A DNA stretch of 64,000 bases from Dehalococcoidia bacterium (GTDB taxonomy: Bacteria > Chloroflexota > Dehalococcoidia > Lucifugimonadales > UBA3495), in assembly GCA_965216025.1 (NCBI GenBank), contig CBDCEX010000017.1, positions 377,768 through 441,767 of the forward strand. Reading direction: 5' to 3'. Within the stretch, counting starts at the first letter, position 1; each line of letters starts with the position of its first letter. The translations under genes were made by a program, and so were the position numbers. Under the pieces are notes generated by a model. That model saw only the letters and a list, made by a program, of their open reading frames with translations, was not told the origin of the DNA and ran no database searches. Below, one piece after another: positions 10,019 through 18,276 of this stretch.

Positions 10019-10541
10019 GGAGGCCCTGGTGGTGTCCACCTCCTCGGCGCTGCGGGACTGGAATCAGGTGTCGAACCGTAGAGAGTTGGATGTCGATCTG
10101 ACCGACTGTATGGATCGGGCTCCCGGGGTGGGGCTGGGTCTTTCGCTGGCTCAGCCCGACCGCAAGGTTCTGGTGCTGGACTGCGATGCCACCCTGCGCA
10201 CCGACCTGGCAGTTTTCGCGACCATCGGTGAGTCCAAGCCGGAAAACCTGATCCACTTCGTGTTTGAGGACATCGTCAGTCTGTCCACCGATGGCCTACC
10301 CGTCAAGGGCCTGGATAACGTGGATTTCCAGACGATGGCTCGGGGCGCCGGTTATGCCAATACTATTAGGTTCAGCGACATAGAGGAATTGCTGCTGGGG
10401 TTGGAGTCGGTAATTGAACAGCCGGGCCCTACTTTGGTTATGGTGGAGGTGGCGAGGGACCAGGAGCAGGCTCCTTTTCCGGAGCGGGGCATGGCGGAAG
10501 GTTGGGCGGTGGTCAGGGAATCACTGCTGGACGAAAGATAG
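9972..10541 (+). CDS. Degenerate paralog of the TPP-decarboxylase beta subunit (TPP/Mg motif lost)
   Basis: ORF 9948..10541. GTG 9972 after aaaaggagggga gives an N-terminus (VIPSLEAAKAINFHRKEALVV) colinear with the 8893 gene. GDGS is replaced by DCDAT and NN by ED. Confidence 0.6.
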   Translation: MIPSLEAAKAINFHRKEALVVSTSSALRDWNQVSNRRELDVDLTDCMDRAPGVGLGLSLAQPDRKVLVLDCDATLRTDLAVFATIGESKPENLIHFVFEDIVSLSTDGLPVKGLDNVDFQTMARGAGYANTIRFSDIEELLLGLESVIEQPGPTLVMVEVARDQEQAPFPERGMAEGWAVVRESLLDER

Positions 10542-10594
10542 GCTCTACGAGTAGCGAGGCGGCGACGCAGCGGTAACTAGAGTTGCGGAGGGCG

Positions 10595-11356
10595 TTAGGA
10601 GTCAGCGCCGGGCACCACCAGAATCTGCCGGGCCACGTCGTATCCAAGGGAAACCTCCCCCTGCTGGGTTTTTACCGTCAGCACACCCCGATAGGGAGCG
10701 GCTTCCAGTACTGTGATCCGGTGATCAGGAACGATCAACGACTCGGCCAGAAATCGGAGCAGTTCTTCATCCTCTTCCGGTACCCGCTCCACCAGGTAGG
10801 CCGCTCCTGTTGCGGCGGCGTCGAGACCCAGGGCGTTGGTGGGAACCTTGGGTTGGCCGGTGCCGGGAATCGGCCGGCCGAAGGGCGACTTTTTGGGATA
10901 ACCCAGGCATTCCATCAGCCGCGTTTCCAGGTCTCGCGACATGCCATGCTCCAGCTGATGGGCCTCGATGTAGGCCCGGTGGAGCTCCATTCCCAGCAGT
11001 CTGACTACCAGCCACTCAGCCAAGCGATGACGCCGGGCTATATCTTCTCCCCCCTCCACACCGCGCCGGGTTAGCCGAATCCGCTTGTCGGATCCTATCT
11101 CCACCAAGCCCTGTTTTTCCATCCGGCGCACCATGCCGGACACCGACGGCACCGACGTTCCCAGTCCCTCGGTGGGAGGGAGTTGTTTCAGGTTATCGGT
11201 CAGCTGAGTGACGGTGGGAACCTCCGAGTCCTCCCACAGCTTGTACAAGGACAGCAGATAGTTCTCCGTGACCGGCGAATGCCGATCCTCCGCAGAAACG
11301 GCTTTTCGGGATTCGGGAGCTTGCTTGGGGGTGCGGGGGTTGGCCATCGCAAACAC
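10595..11356 (-). CDS. DtxR/MntR-family metal-dependent transcriptional repressor with C-terminal FeoA/SH3-like domain
   Basis: 253 aa. Winged-helix region VSGMVRRMEKQGLV; metal-binding/dimerisation region RRHRLAEWLVVRLLGMELHRAYIEAHQLEH. Confidence 0.8.
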   Translation of the reverse strand: MFAMANPRTPKQAPESRKAVSAEDRHSPVTENYLLSLYKLWEDSEVPTVTQLTDNLKQLPPTEGLGTSVPSVSGMVRRMEKQGLVEIGSDKRIRLTRRGVEGGEDIARRHRLAEWLVVRLLGMELHRAYIEAHQLEHGMSRDLETRLMECLGYPKKSPFGRPIPGTGQPKVPTNALGLDAAATGAAYLVERVPEEDEELLRFLAESLIVPDHRITVLEAAPYRGVLTVKTQQGEVSLGYDVARQILVVPGADS

Positions 11357-11471
11357 CGTTGAAGAAGATCGTTCCGCTGGTTAAGGAACTGCCGGCCTGG
11401 ACGAGAAGCCGTCCAGCTTCCCGGCAAGGAAACGGGGTCCCAGGGTTAGCTTCTATCCCCAAACGACCCAT

Positions 11472-11516
11472 GTCATTCCGAAGGGCTCGGGGTGACATTT
11501 TGAGATAGTTACTTAG
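11472..11516. repeat. Short hairpin repeat fused to a solo copy of the IS5-like terminal repeat
   Basis: gtcattccgaagggctcggggtgaca followed by ttttgagatagttacttag, which is identical to the right terminus of the IS at 12611-12629. Confidence 0.7.
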
Positions 11517-11698
11517 CTGGACTTTGTACATTCGAGCCGCGTAGGTGGGCGTATCTGTGAGGCGGTCGTATAGGGCGGCTGGGACTTTTTCACTGTCGCG
11601 CCTAGACATTGAAAAACCCCCAGACGACATCCACAGATGGCGGCGCACCAATTCCATCGTTACTGGTTTATGGTTACTGGCTTTTGTACAAAGTCCAG
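11517..11698. repeat. 182-bp segment bounded by 14-bp inverted repeats, with an IS5-like terminus abutting each side
   Basis: ctggactttgtaca (11517-11530) and tgtacaaagtccag (11685-11698). Confidence 0.6.
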
Positions 11699-11706
11699 CT
11701 AAGTAA

Positions 11707-12129
11707 CTATCTCAAAACAGTAAGGCGCCAAACTCGCCGGTACCACAGTAGCCCGCAGGCCAGTTGCAAAAGACCCAGGAAATTGGATGCCTTTTTGTCG
11801 TAACGGACAAGTAATCCTCTGCACTTGGACAGCCACGACAGGGTTCGTTCCACCACCCAACGTCGGGCCGGATGGGTCTTCTCGCCGAAGCTATCCAGCT
11901 TCTCCTCACCAATACGTCGTATGTGGGCCTGATACCCGTGGGCAGCGGCAGCTTGGTGGCCGGTGGGATTGTCATACCCTTTGTCCAGACATAGGTGCTG
12001 GGGTGCCTGGTCAGTGGGCTGAGGCCGCTCCACCACAATGGCTTCCAGGGTGGCTTCCAGCAGCTTGGTGTCGTGGACATTGGCTCCAGCTACCACTAGA
12101 CTCAGAGGCCCTCCATCCCCCTCTACCAA
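11707..12129 (-). CDS. IS5-family transposase, DDE part (orfB)
   Basis: The frame continues upstream as GPNPTDRGKAGSKRSLLVEGDGGPL, then ANVHD, LDKGYD and VERTLSWLSKCRGLLVRYD. Reached from orfA by a -1 shift in the G7 run. Confidence 0.8.
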   Translation of the reverse strand: MVEGDGGPLSLVVAGANVHDTKLLEATLEAIVVERPQPTDQAPQHLCLDKGYDNPTGHQAAAAHGYQAHIRRIGEEKLDSFGEKTHPARRWVVERTLSWLSKCRGLLVRYDKKASNFLGLLQLACGLLWYRRVWRLTVLR

Positions 12130-12566
12130 CAGGCTTCGCTTGCTGCCCGCCTTGCCCCGGTCCGTGGGATTGGGGCCAATTGCGTCCCCCCCAGGCGAGC
12201 TTTACCCAGGGCGCAATCCGCTGCTTGCCATTCCCAGTCCACACCTCCCAGCTCTTCACATTCCTCTACCATGACCGACCACACTTGGTTCAACACTCCC
12301 GATTCTACCCATAGCTGAAAAGTACGATGGATAGTACTATCGTCACCAAAAGTCTTGGGCAGATGGTTCCATTGGCAACCACTACGTAAGCGAAAGATAA
12401 TTCCGTTAAGGATTGGCCTTGGGTTGACCCGCTTGCGACCGGTGGTTTTGGGAGGGATTCCCTCCAGGATCACTGGCTCAACTTTCTCCCACAAATCGTC
12501 CGGAATCTCCCAAATAGTCTCCAGCGGTTCAACTTGCCTCATTGGTTTCACTGCTTTCACCTCCAC
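12123..12566 (-). CDS. IS5-family transposase, N-terminal part (orfA)
   Basis: 147 aa with NGIIFRLRSGCQWNHLP and HRTFQLW motifs. The frame ends after a G7 run (ALGKARLGG). Confidence 0.8.
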   Translation of the reverse strand: MEVKAVKPMRQVEPLETIWEIPDDLWEKVEPVILEGIPPKTTGRKRVNPRPILNGIIFRLRSGCQWNHLPKTFGDDSTIHRTFQLWVESGVLNQVWSVMVEECEELGGVDWEWQAADCALGKARLGGTQLAPIPRTGARRAASEACW

Positions 12567-12625
12567 ACTTTTGGTGGAAGTATAATATAAGTTTCAAATT
12601 CAATTCAAGGTTTTGAGATAGTTAC

Positions 12626-13807
12626 TTAGTGGTCTATCGCCTGACCGTTGAGAAAAGGTCTCAGGCCGTGTCCATTGCGGAGGGTCACCTGCACCGCTTC
12701 ACCAACCGGATACTCTTCGGTATGGGATTGCAGGCAGCGGACGGTATGGCCGGTGGGCAGAGCGACTCGGTAGACGTAGAAGGCTCCGCGAAACTCCCGC
12801 TCCTTAATGACCCCCGTGATCCCGGTGGCCCCGGACCCAGTGACTCCGGACCCGTGGGCCAGCGGGCGGCACTCTAAGCAATCGGGACGGACCATCACTT
12901 CCAGTTCCACATTTTCCTCGGGCGGAGACTCACCCGGCCAGTCCACCGAGCCCACCTGGGTTACCACCTTTCCCCCATCCCAACCGGCCGGAAGGAAGTC
13001 AACCATGCCGATAAACTCGGCCACAAAGCGCGAAGCGGGATGGTGAAATATATCCTCCGGTGTGGCCAGTTGCTCGATTCTTCCCTGGTTCATGACGGCC
13101 ACCTGGTCGCCAACCAGCAGCGCTTCGTCCTGGTCGTGAGTCACGAAGACGGCGGTGACTCGATGGGACCGGAGAATGTCCAGGGTGTCGCGTCGGACCT
13201 GCTCCCGCAGGCCGGGGTCCAGGTTGGAAAAAGGCTCGTCCAGCAAAAGCACCTGCGGTTGAGGGGCTAAAGCCCTGGCCAGTGCCACCCGCTGCTGCTG
13301 TCCGCCGGAAAGCTGGTGAGGCATACGCTGGGCGTAGCTCTCCAACCCGACCAGTTCAAGGGCATGCCGGACTCGTTGCGAGCGGCCCTCTCCCCTCTTC
13401 AAACCGTAATCGACGTTTTGCTCCACGGTCATGTGGGGGAAAAGCGCTCCTTCTTGGAAAACGATACCCACGGGCCGTTTATCGGGAGGAACATTCTTGC
13501 CCTGGTCCCATACCAACTGACCGTCCAGGACTAGGGTGCCGGCATCGGGGCTTTCGAATCCGGCTATCAACCGTAATGCGGTGGTTTTACCGCAGCCGCT
13601 GGGGCCCAGCAAAGCGGTTATCTGCCCGAAGGGAACGGATAGGTTGAATTCACGGACCGCCTGGACCTCGCCGAAGCTCTTGACGAGCCCATGGCATTCC
13701 AGCGCCAGCGCAGCCGGCTCGGTTGATCCCGGCCCCGAATTGGGAGATGAGGCCAGACCCTGCTTTGGCACCTCTGAAGCTTTGTTCTGGAACCGGATAC
13801 CGAGCAT
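12626..13807 (-). CDS. ABC transporter ATP-binding protein, Fe(III)/polyamine (FbpC/PotA-like) type
   Basis: Walker A GPSGCGKTT, signature LSGGQQQRVALARAL, Walker B LLLDEPFSNLD, and a C-terminal TOBE-like domain. The stop codon lies inside the IS5 terminal repeat. The N-terminal start is uncertain. Confidence 0.85.
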   Translation of the reverse strand: MLGIRFQNKASEVPKQGLASSPNSGPGSTEPAALALECHGLVKSFGEVQAVREFNLSVPFGQITALLGPSGCGKTTALRLIAGFESPDAGTLVLDGQLVWDQGKNVPPDKRPVGIVFQEGALFPHMTVEQNVDYGLKRGEGRSQRVRHALELVGLESYAQRMPHQLSGGQQQRVALARALAPQPQVLLLDEPFSNLDPGLREQVRRDTLDILRSHRVTAVFVTHDQDEALLVGDQVAVMNQGRIEQLATPEDIFHHPASRFVAEFIGMVDFLPAGWDGGKVVTQVGSVDWPGESPPEENVELEVMVRPDCLECRPLAHGSGVTGSGATGITGVIKEREFRGAFYVYRVALPTGHTVRCLQSHTEEYPVGEAVQVTLRNGHGLRPFLNGQAIDH

Positions 13808-14171
13808 TGTACGTCAGGACTCCGATTTCTGATTTGCTTCGCCGCTAATCCTTGGTCGGTTCTATTAATGTAATCGTGCGAGCTAATTGTCTGAGTTATG
13901 GGACCATTATTTCCTGCTAAGGATTAGTGTAGTGACGTGTGCTTTGGATGTCAAGTTTTCCGTGTAACCTGCATTTGCCGCAGCTTTCAATCCGGGTTTG
14001 CCCTATGTTTTCAACATGAACAGAAATGAATAACAGCCTTCCCGGCGAGACTGCGTTTGGGGCAGTGGATCGGCTCTGTCCCTCTGATTTCCCGTCATTC
14101 CAAGACCACCCTTTGGGATGAAACAATTCGTCGTCCAGTCGAAAGGAGGCCTTTCAAGGAACTCACCTGCG

Positions 14172-14199
14172 TTGACAGTGTTTCTTTAAACATGATAAT
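14172..14199 (+). promoter_or_regulatory. Candidate sigma-70-type promoter upstream of the Fe(III)-binding protein gene
   Basis: TTGACA (14172-14177), 16-nt spacer, GATAAT (14194-14199), about 140 nt upstream of the ATG at 14342. Pattern match only. Confidence 0.3.
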
Positions 14200-14269
14200 C
14201 TTCCGCTCAAAAGAATGGCTCTACTTAGAATTATAATATGGGTACTCTTATAAACCCAAATCAAGGCAA

Positions 14270-14316
14270 CTAGGTTAGAGGCTTTCCCCGGTGGGTTTGA
14301 AGCTATCTCTAACCAG
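14270..14316 (+). promoter_or_regulatory. Inverted repeat in the leader of the Fe(III)-binding protein gene
   Basis: TAGGTTAGAG (14271-14280) and CTCTAACC (14307-14314) form an 8-bp stem with a 26-nt loop. The arms resemble the two halves of an IdeR/DtxR iron box but are far apart. Confidence 0.3.
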
Positions 14317-14341
14317 GGGATAAGTAGGAAGAATAAAACAT

Positions 14342-15373
14342 ATGGAGATGACGTACTTCATGATTGGAATTCGAGGAATGCTTGCGACCGTGCTCTTGGG
14401 AGGATTGGTGGTTTCTTCGGCTGCCTGCGGCTCAGGAGAGGAGGGAGCGGGCAGCCTCACCATCTATTCCGGCCGCAGCGAAACCCTGGTAGACCCCATA
14501 ATCCGGCAATTTGCTGATGCCACGGGCGTAGATGTGAAGGTGAAGTACGCCAGCACCTCTCAGCTGGCCGCAACTCTGCTGGAAGAGGATGACAACAGCC
14601 CGGCGGACCTGTTCTTCGCCCAGAACCCGGGGGGACTGGAGGCTGTGGGGGAACTGCTGGCGCCTTTGCCGGCGGAGGTTCTGGAGCAGGTCCCGCAATG
14701 GGCTCGCTCAACCCAGGGCAAATGGGTTGGAATATCCGGCCGGGCTCGCACCGTGGTTTACAATTCCGACCTGCTGGAAGAAGAGGACCTGCCCGATGAT
14801 CTGTTTGGTTTCACCGATCCGGAATGGAAAGGGAGGATTGGTTGGGCACCCACCAATTCCTCCTTTCAGTTCATGGTGAGCGTCATGCGGACGTTATGGG
14901 GAGAACATCGTACCCGTAGCTGGTTGGAGGGGATTCAGGCCAACGATCCCAAGGTTTACCCCAAGAACACGCCGCAGGTAGCCGCTGTCGCCGCGGGGGA
15001 GATAGACGTGGGGCTGGTTAACCATTACTATCTTTTGCGGTTTCTGGCAGAGGAGGGAGAGAGTTTTCCGGCCAGGAATTACCATCCCAGGAGTGGCGGA
15101 CCGGGGGCTATGGTCCTGGTAGCCGGCGCGGGCGTCCTCAAAACCGCGGACAATCCGAAAACAGCGGAGAAGTTCCTGAACTTCATGTTGTCCGAAGTTG
15201 GCCAGCTTTATTTCACTACTCAGACCTTCGAGTATCCTCTGGTGGAGGGAGTGAAGACCCCTTCCCTCCTGGTGCCACTGGAGCAGTTGAACATTCCGGA
15301 CATACCAGCGCGGGATTTGGCTGATCTGGCGGAAACTCAAAAACTCTTGAGGGAAACCGGGGTGCTGCCCTGA
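14342..15373 (+). CDS. ABC transporter periplasmic/extracellular Fe(III)-binding protein (FbpA/AfuA-like)
   Basis: 343 aa. Signal/lipobox-like VVSSAAC, then LTIYSGRSETLVDPIIRQF...DLFFAQNPG...WVGISGRARTVVYN. Confidence 0.8.
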   Translation: MEMTYFMIGIRGMLATVLLGGLVVSSAACGSGEEGAGSLTIYSGRSETLVDPIIRQFADATGVDVKVKYASTSQLAATLLEEDDNSPADLFFAQNPGGLEAVGELLAPLPAEVLEQVPQWARSTQGKWVGISGRARTVVYNSDLLEEEDLPDDLFGFTDPEWKGRIGWAPTNSSFQFMVSVMRTLWGEHRTRSWLEGIQANDPKVYPKNTPQVAAVAAGEIDVGLVNHYYLLRFLAEEGESFPARNYHPRSGGPGAMVLVAGAGVLKTADNPKTAEKFLNFMLSEVGQLYFTTQTFEYPLVEGVKTPSLLVPLEQLNIPDIPARDLADLAETQKLLRETGVLP

Positions 15374-15397
15374 AGAATCTGGGTCAAAACGCCCTAT

Positions 15398-15562
15398 GTC
15401 ATCCCGAAGGAGTGAAGCGACTGAGGAATCTAAATCATGGGCCCGTAACACCTCATGAATCAGCATCCCATCTACCCAATAGTCAATGGCGTCAGTCCCA
15501 TATTGTGGGGGATTTTAGACCCCTCGCTCCGCTCGGGGTGACATTTTAAAATATTTGCTAAG
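15398..15562. repeat. Intergenic hairpin repeat (family 3) ending in a degenerate IS5-like terminus
   Basis: gtcatcccgaaggagtgaagcgactgaggaatctaaatc ... gctcggggtgaca ttttaaaatatttgctaag. Related to 11472-11516 and 62213-62290. Confidence 0.65.
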
Positions 15563-15602
15563 GGTTTGGGAATCCTCAGCAGTGCCCGGGCCATTGGTAC
15601 TA

Positions 15603-15733
15603 AGCCTTGAATCTGAAGCTAAACACGGTCGGTGGAGCCGCCGTTAGGGGAAATCTTTCTCAACCCCCTTAGCATGGGGGGATATAGGGGGATTTGGAAC
15701 TCCCAAGTTAGTAAATTCCTCGAAGGTTAATAA
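15603..15733. repeat. 130-bp repeat directly upstream of a gene start (copy 1; contains a family-2 palindrome)
   Basis: Aligns along its length with 25861-25993 (agccttgaatct.aagc.aaaca.ggtc.gtggag ... gggggatatagggggatttggaac.cccaa). Confidence 0.75.
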
Positions 15734-15735
15734 TT

Positions 15736-17334
15736 TTGGATCGCTCAAAAGCCTGGCAGCGTCTCGGATATTCATCCTGGCCGCCCGTCCTGATTTGGGC
15801 TCCAGCCGTGCTTGTCGTAGCCCTTCTTTTGCTGTCGCCGGTTTACCTGGTCATCCGAACTCTGGGCGCTGGAACCGAGCTGGGCGATGTCCTGTTTCGG
15901 ATGCGAATTCTGGGAATCCTGGGTCGCACTCTTCTTCTGGTGGCCTCGGTGTCCCTGGCTTCTGTTGCAATCGCGCTACCCCTGGCCTGGCTAACCACTC
16001 GTTCGGACCTGCCTTTCCGGCGGTTATGGAGTGTGCTTACCCTGCTTCCGCTGGTGATCCCCAGCTACGTGTTCGCGTTTATCGTGGTGCTGGCCCTGGG
16101 GCCCAGGGGAATGCTGCAGAGAATACTGGAGGGTCCGTTGGGGGTGGAGCGCCTGCCGGACATTAACGGATTTACCGGCGCTTGGCTGGCGCTTACCCTG
16201 CTGAGTTACCCCTACGTGGTCCTAACCATGCGGGCCGCTCTGAACCGCCTCGACCCGTCGTTGGAGGAAATCTCCAGAGGTTTGGGCCAGACCGCCTGGT
16301 CTACTTTCAGGCGGGTGCTCCTTCCCCTACTCAGGCCCGCCATGGCGGCGGGAGCCCTGCTGGTGGGACTTTACACCCTGAGCGATTTCGGCGCCGTCTC
16401 GCTGTTGCGGTACGAGACCTTTACCGCAGTTATCTTCATACAATACGATTCCGCGCTGGACCGCACGCTGGCGGCGGCCATCTCTTTAATACTGATGGCA
16501 CTGGCGCTGGCAATCGTCGTGGCCGAATCCTGGTCCCGGGGCCGTTCCAAATATTACCGCAGCGACCCGGGGGCAGCCAGGCCCGTCTCCACCGTGAAAC
16601 TGGGAGGATGGCGTTGGCCCGCCCTGATTTTCTGCGGGTCGGTAGCCTTGTTATCGTTGGCGCTGCCCTTGACAGTTCTGCTTATTTGGATAATTCGCGG
16701 CGTGTTGGCAGGGGAGCCATTACTACTCCTCTGGCAACCTGCCCTTAACTCCCTAGGTGTCTCCTTGCTGGCCGCGGTGGTCACAATAGTGGCGGCTTTA
16801 CCACTGGCGATTTTATCAGTCCGTCATCCCGGGGTAATCACCCGGCTGTCAGAGCGGATTACCTACATGGGTTTTGCTTTGCCCGGGATAGCGGTAGCCT
16901 TGGGATTGGTCTTTTTCGGCGCCAACTATGCTCCCTGGCTGTATCAAACTTTGGGACTCTTGGTGCTGGCCTATGTAGTCCTGTTCCTACCGGCTGCCGT
17001 GGGACCGATTCGAGCCTCCTTACTTCAGGTTAGCCCCAACGTGGAAGATGCGGCTCGCAGCTTGGGCAGCTCTCCGGCCCGGCTGCTAACCTCGATCACG
17101 GTTCCCCTGGTGAGACCGGGGATTCTGGCTGGGGCGGCGCTGGTGTTCTTGCTGGTAATGAAGGAATTGCCCGCGACGCTGATTCTGAGCCCCATCGGCT
17201 TCCAGACCCTGGCCACTTCCGTCTGGAGCGCCGCCTCGGAGGCTTTCTTCGCCCGAGCCGCCGCTCCGGCTTTGCTGCTCATCTTGGTTTCCTCAATTTC
17301 TCTGACCTTCCTCTCCTTTGGCCAAGAGCGATAA
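15736..17334 (+). CDS. ABC transporter permease, Fe(III) type (FbpB-like, duplicated transmembrane domain)
   Basis: 532 aa, highly hydrophobic, with two EAA-loop-like regions (EEISRGLGQTAWSTFRRVLLPL and EDAARSLGSSPARLLTSITVPL). TTG start. Confidence 0.8.
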   Translation: MDRSKAWQRLGYSSWPPVLIWAPAVLVVALLLLSPVYLVIRTLGAGTELGDVLFRMRILGILGRTLLLVASVSLASVAIALPLAWLTTRSDLPFRRLWSVLTLLPLVIPSYVFAFIVVLALGPRGMLQRILEGPLGVERLPDINGFTGAWLALTLLSYPYVVLTMRAALNRLDPSLEEISRGLGQTAWSTFRRVLLPLLRPAMAAGALLVGLYTLSDFGAVSLLRYETFTAVIFIQYDSALDRTLAAAISLILMALALAIVVAESWSRGRSKYYRSDPGAARPVSTVKLGGWRWPALIFCGSVALLSLALPLTVLLIWIIRGVLAGEPLLLLWQPALNSLGVSLLAAVVTIVAALPLAILSVRHPGVITRLSERITYMGFALPGIAVALGLVFFGANYAPWLYQTLGLLVLAYVVLFLPAAVGPIRASLLQVSPNVEDAARSLGSSPARLLTSITVPLVRPGILAGAALVFLLVMKELPATLILSPIGFQTLATSVWSAASEAFFARAAAPALLLILVSSISLTFLSFGQER

Positions 17335-17465
17335 TCGTATTCTTCTGCCAACTCCGCATGCCTTGCTACTCTTCCATCCACCAGAGTAGTATGGGCCATT
17401 AGCCAGCCAAGCCGGCTCCCTGGCGCTGGTAAGGTTTGTGCTGGTAATACCGCAGAATTGCATGA

Positions 17466-17858
17466 GTGAGGAGTGGTGCGATGCACCATTGGCGGGTAGG
17501 AGGAACCGTCTCGGTCGGGTGGCCCCAATTCCAGCGGCCGGAGCGGAGCTACGAAATCGTTGAGCTGGAGCTGCTGGGCCGAGTTTTCCGGGCCCGCGTA
17601 ACCGATGGGGAGAAGCAGGGTGGGTTTCTGGTGATCCTTGACTGTCCCGCTCCGGTGCTGGAGCAGCTGGCGGAGCTGGCGACTCAGACAGTCGGGTTCC
17701 AGGTTATCCTATCCAGCCTGCTGTGCAGCATCGACGGGCAGCCATTGCGAAGTTTCGACTACGAGTGGTACCCGACCCCGGAATACGCCGACCGGCCCAG
17801 TCTGCTCGCCCGCACCCTGGCGGACTTGCTGGAGGGCATGCAGGGCGCCGGTAATTGA
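17466..17858 (+). CDS. Hypothetical protein
   Basis: 130-aa ORF in a gene-sized gap, same strand as the upstream permease gene. No motif recognised. Start uncertain. Confidence 0.35.
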   Translation: MRSGAMHHWRVGGTVSVGWPQFQRPERSYEIVELELLGRVFRARVTDGEKQGGFLVILDCPAPVLEQLAELATQTVGFQVILSSLLCSIDGQPLRSFDYEWYPTPEYADRPSLLARTLADLLEGMQGAGN

Positions 17859-17898
17859 GGGTAGGTAATAGAGGGGCCGGGCAAGAAGCCTTCTTTTC

Positions 17899-18114
17899 GT
17901 CATTGTGAGTTTTCATGCCCCAGCGGAGCGCCACCTACAGATGAAAAAGGATTCCCCTCGGCTCATGGTTCGAAGGGCTCACCACGAGCGGTAGCGATCC
18001 CGTTCGTCCTGAGGCTCTCGAAGGGCGAACGGGCTATTTACAGAGCAGCGAAACGATCTAGCGTCTCTGGGATTGCTTCGTCGTCCCGATTGCCTCGGGA
18101 CTTCTCGCAATGAC
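17899..18114. repeat. MITE-like repeat, A + degenerate B, copy
   Basis: gtcattgtgag ... tctcgcaatgac. The core is nearly identical to 29109-29346. Confidence 0.85.
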
Positions 18115-18276
18115 ATTGCATACAGCCTTTTTAGGGGCCACCGTAGACGTGGCAGCCAACACGGGTTATTATTATCGTCGGCGGCAGCCGAGGTGCTGGG
18201 TATACCTGGCGAACTCCCTCTCATGCAGCCGCTATCCGAACGATGATGGCCATTGGCCGTATTTAGGAGGAACCGT

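Larger units (their letters stand above)
11699..12629 (-). mobile_element. IS5-family insertion sequence (IS427-like, two-ORF, about 0.93 kb)
   Basis: Terminal inverted repeats ctaagtaactatctcaaaac (11699-11718) and gttttgagatagttacttag (12610-12629). Two overlapping ORFs inside. Confidence 0.85.

Noticed and set aside
11193-11657. A 154-aa ORF spanning the DtxR upstream region and the IS-terminus repeats.
   Set aside because: It overlaps the 5' end of the DtxR-family gene in another frame and reads straight through repeat sequence. It has no motifs or RBS.
13917-14126. A 69-aa ORF on the minus strand in the AT-rich control region.
   Set aside because: It has no RBS and no motifs, and it lies in a promoter-type region. 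It is probably a chance ORF, although a decayed gene remnant cannot be excluded without BLASTX.
14270-14288. A canonical DtxR/IdeR iron box at ctaggttagaggctttccc.
   Set aside because: Only the left half matches the 19-bp consensus, and the adjacent right half does not. The matching right half-site is about 29 nt away. It is reported only as an unusual split arrangement.
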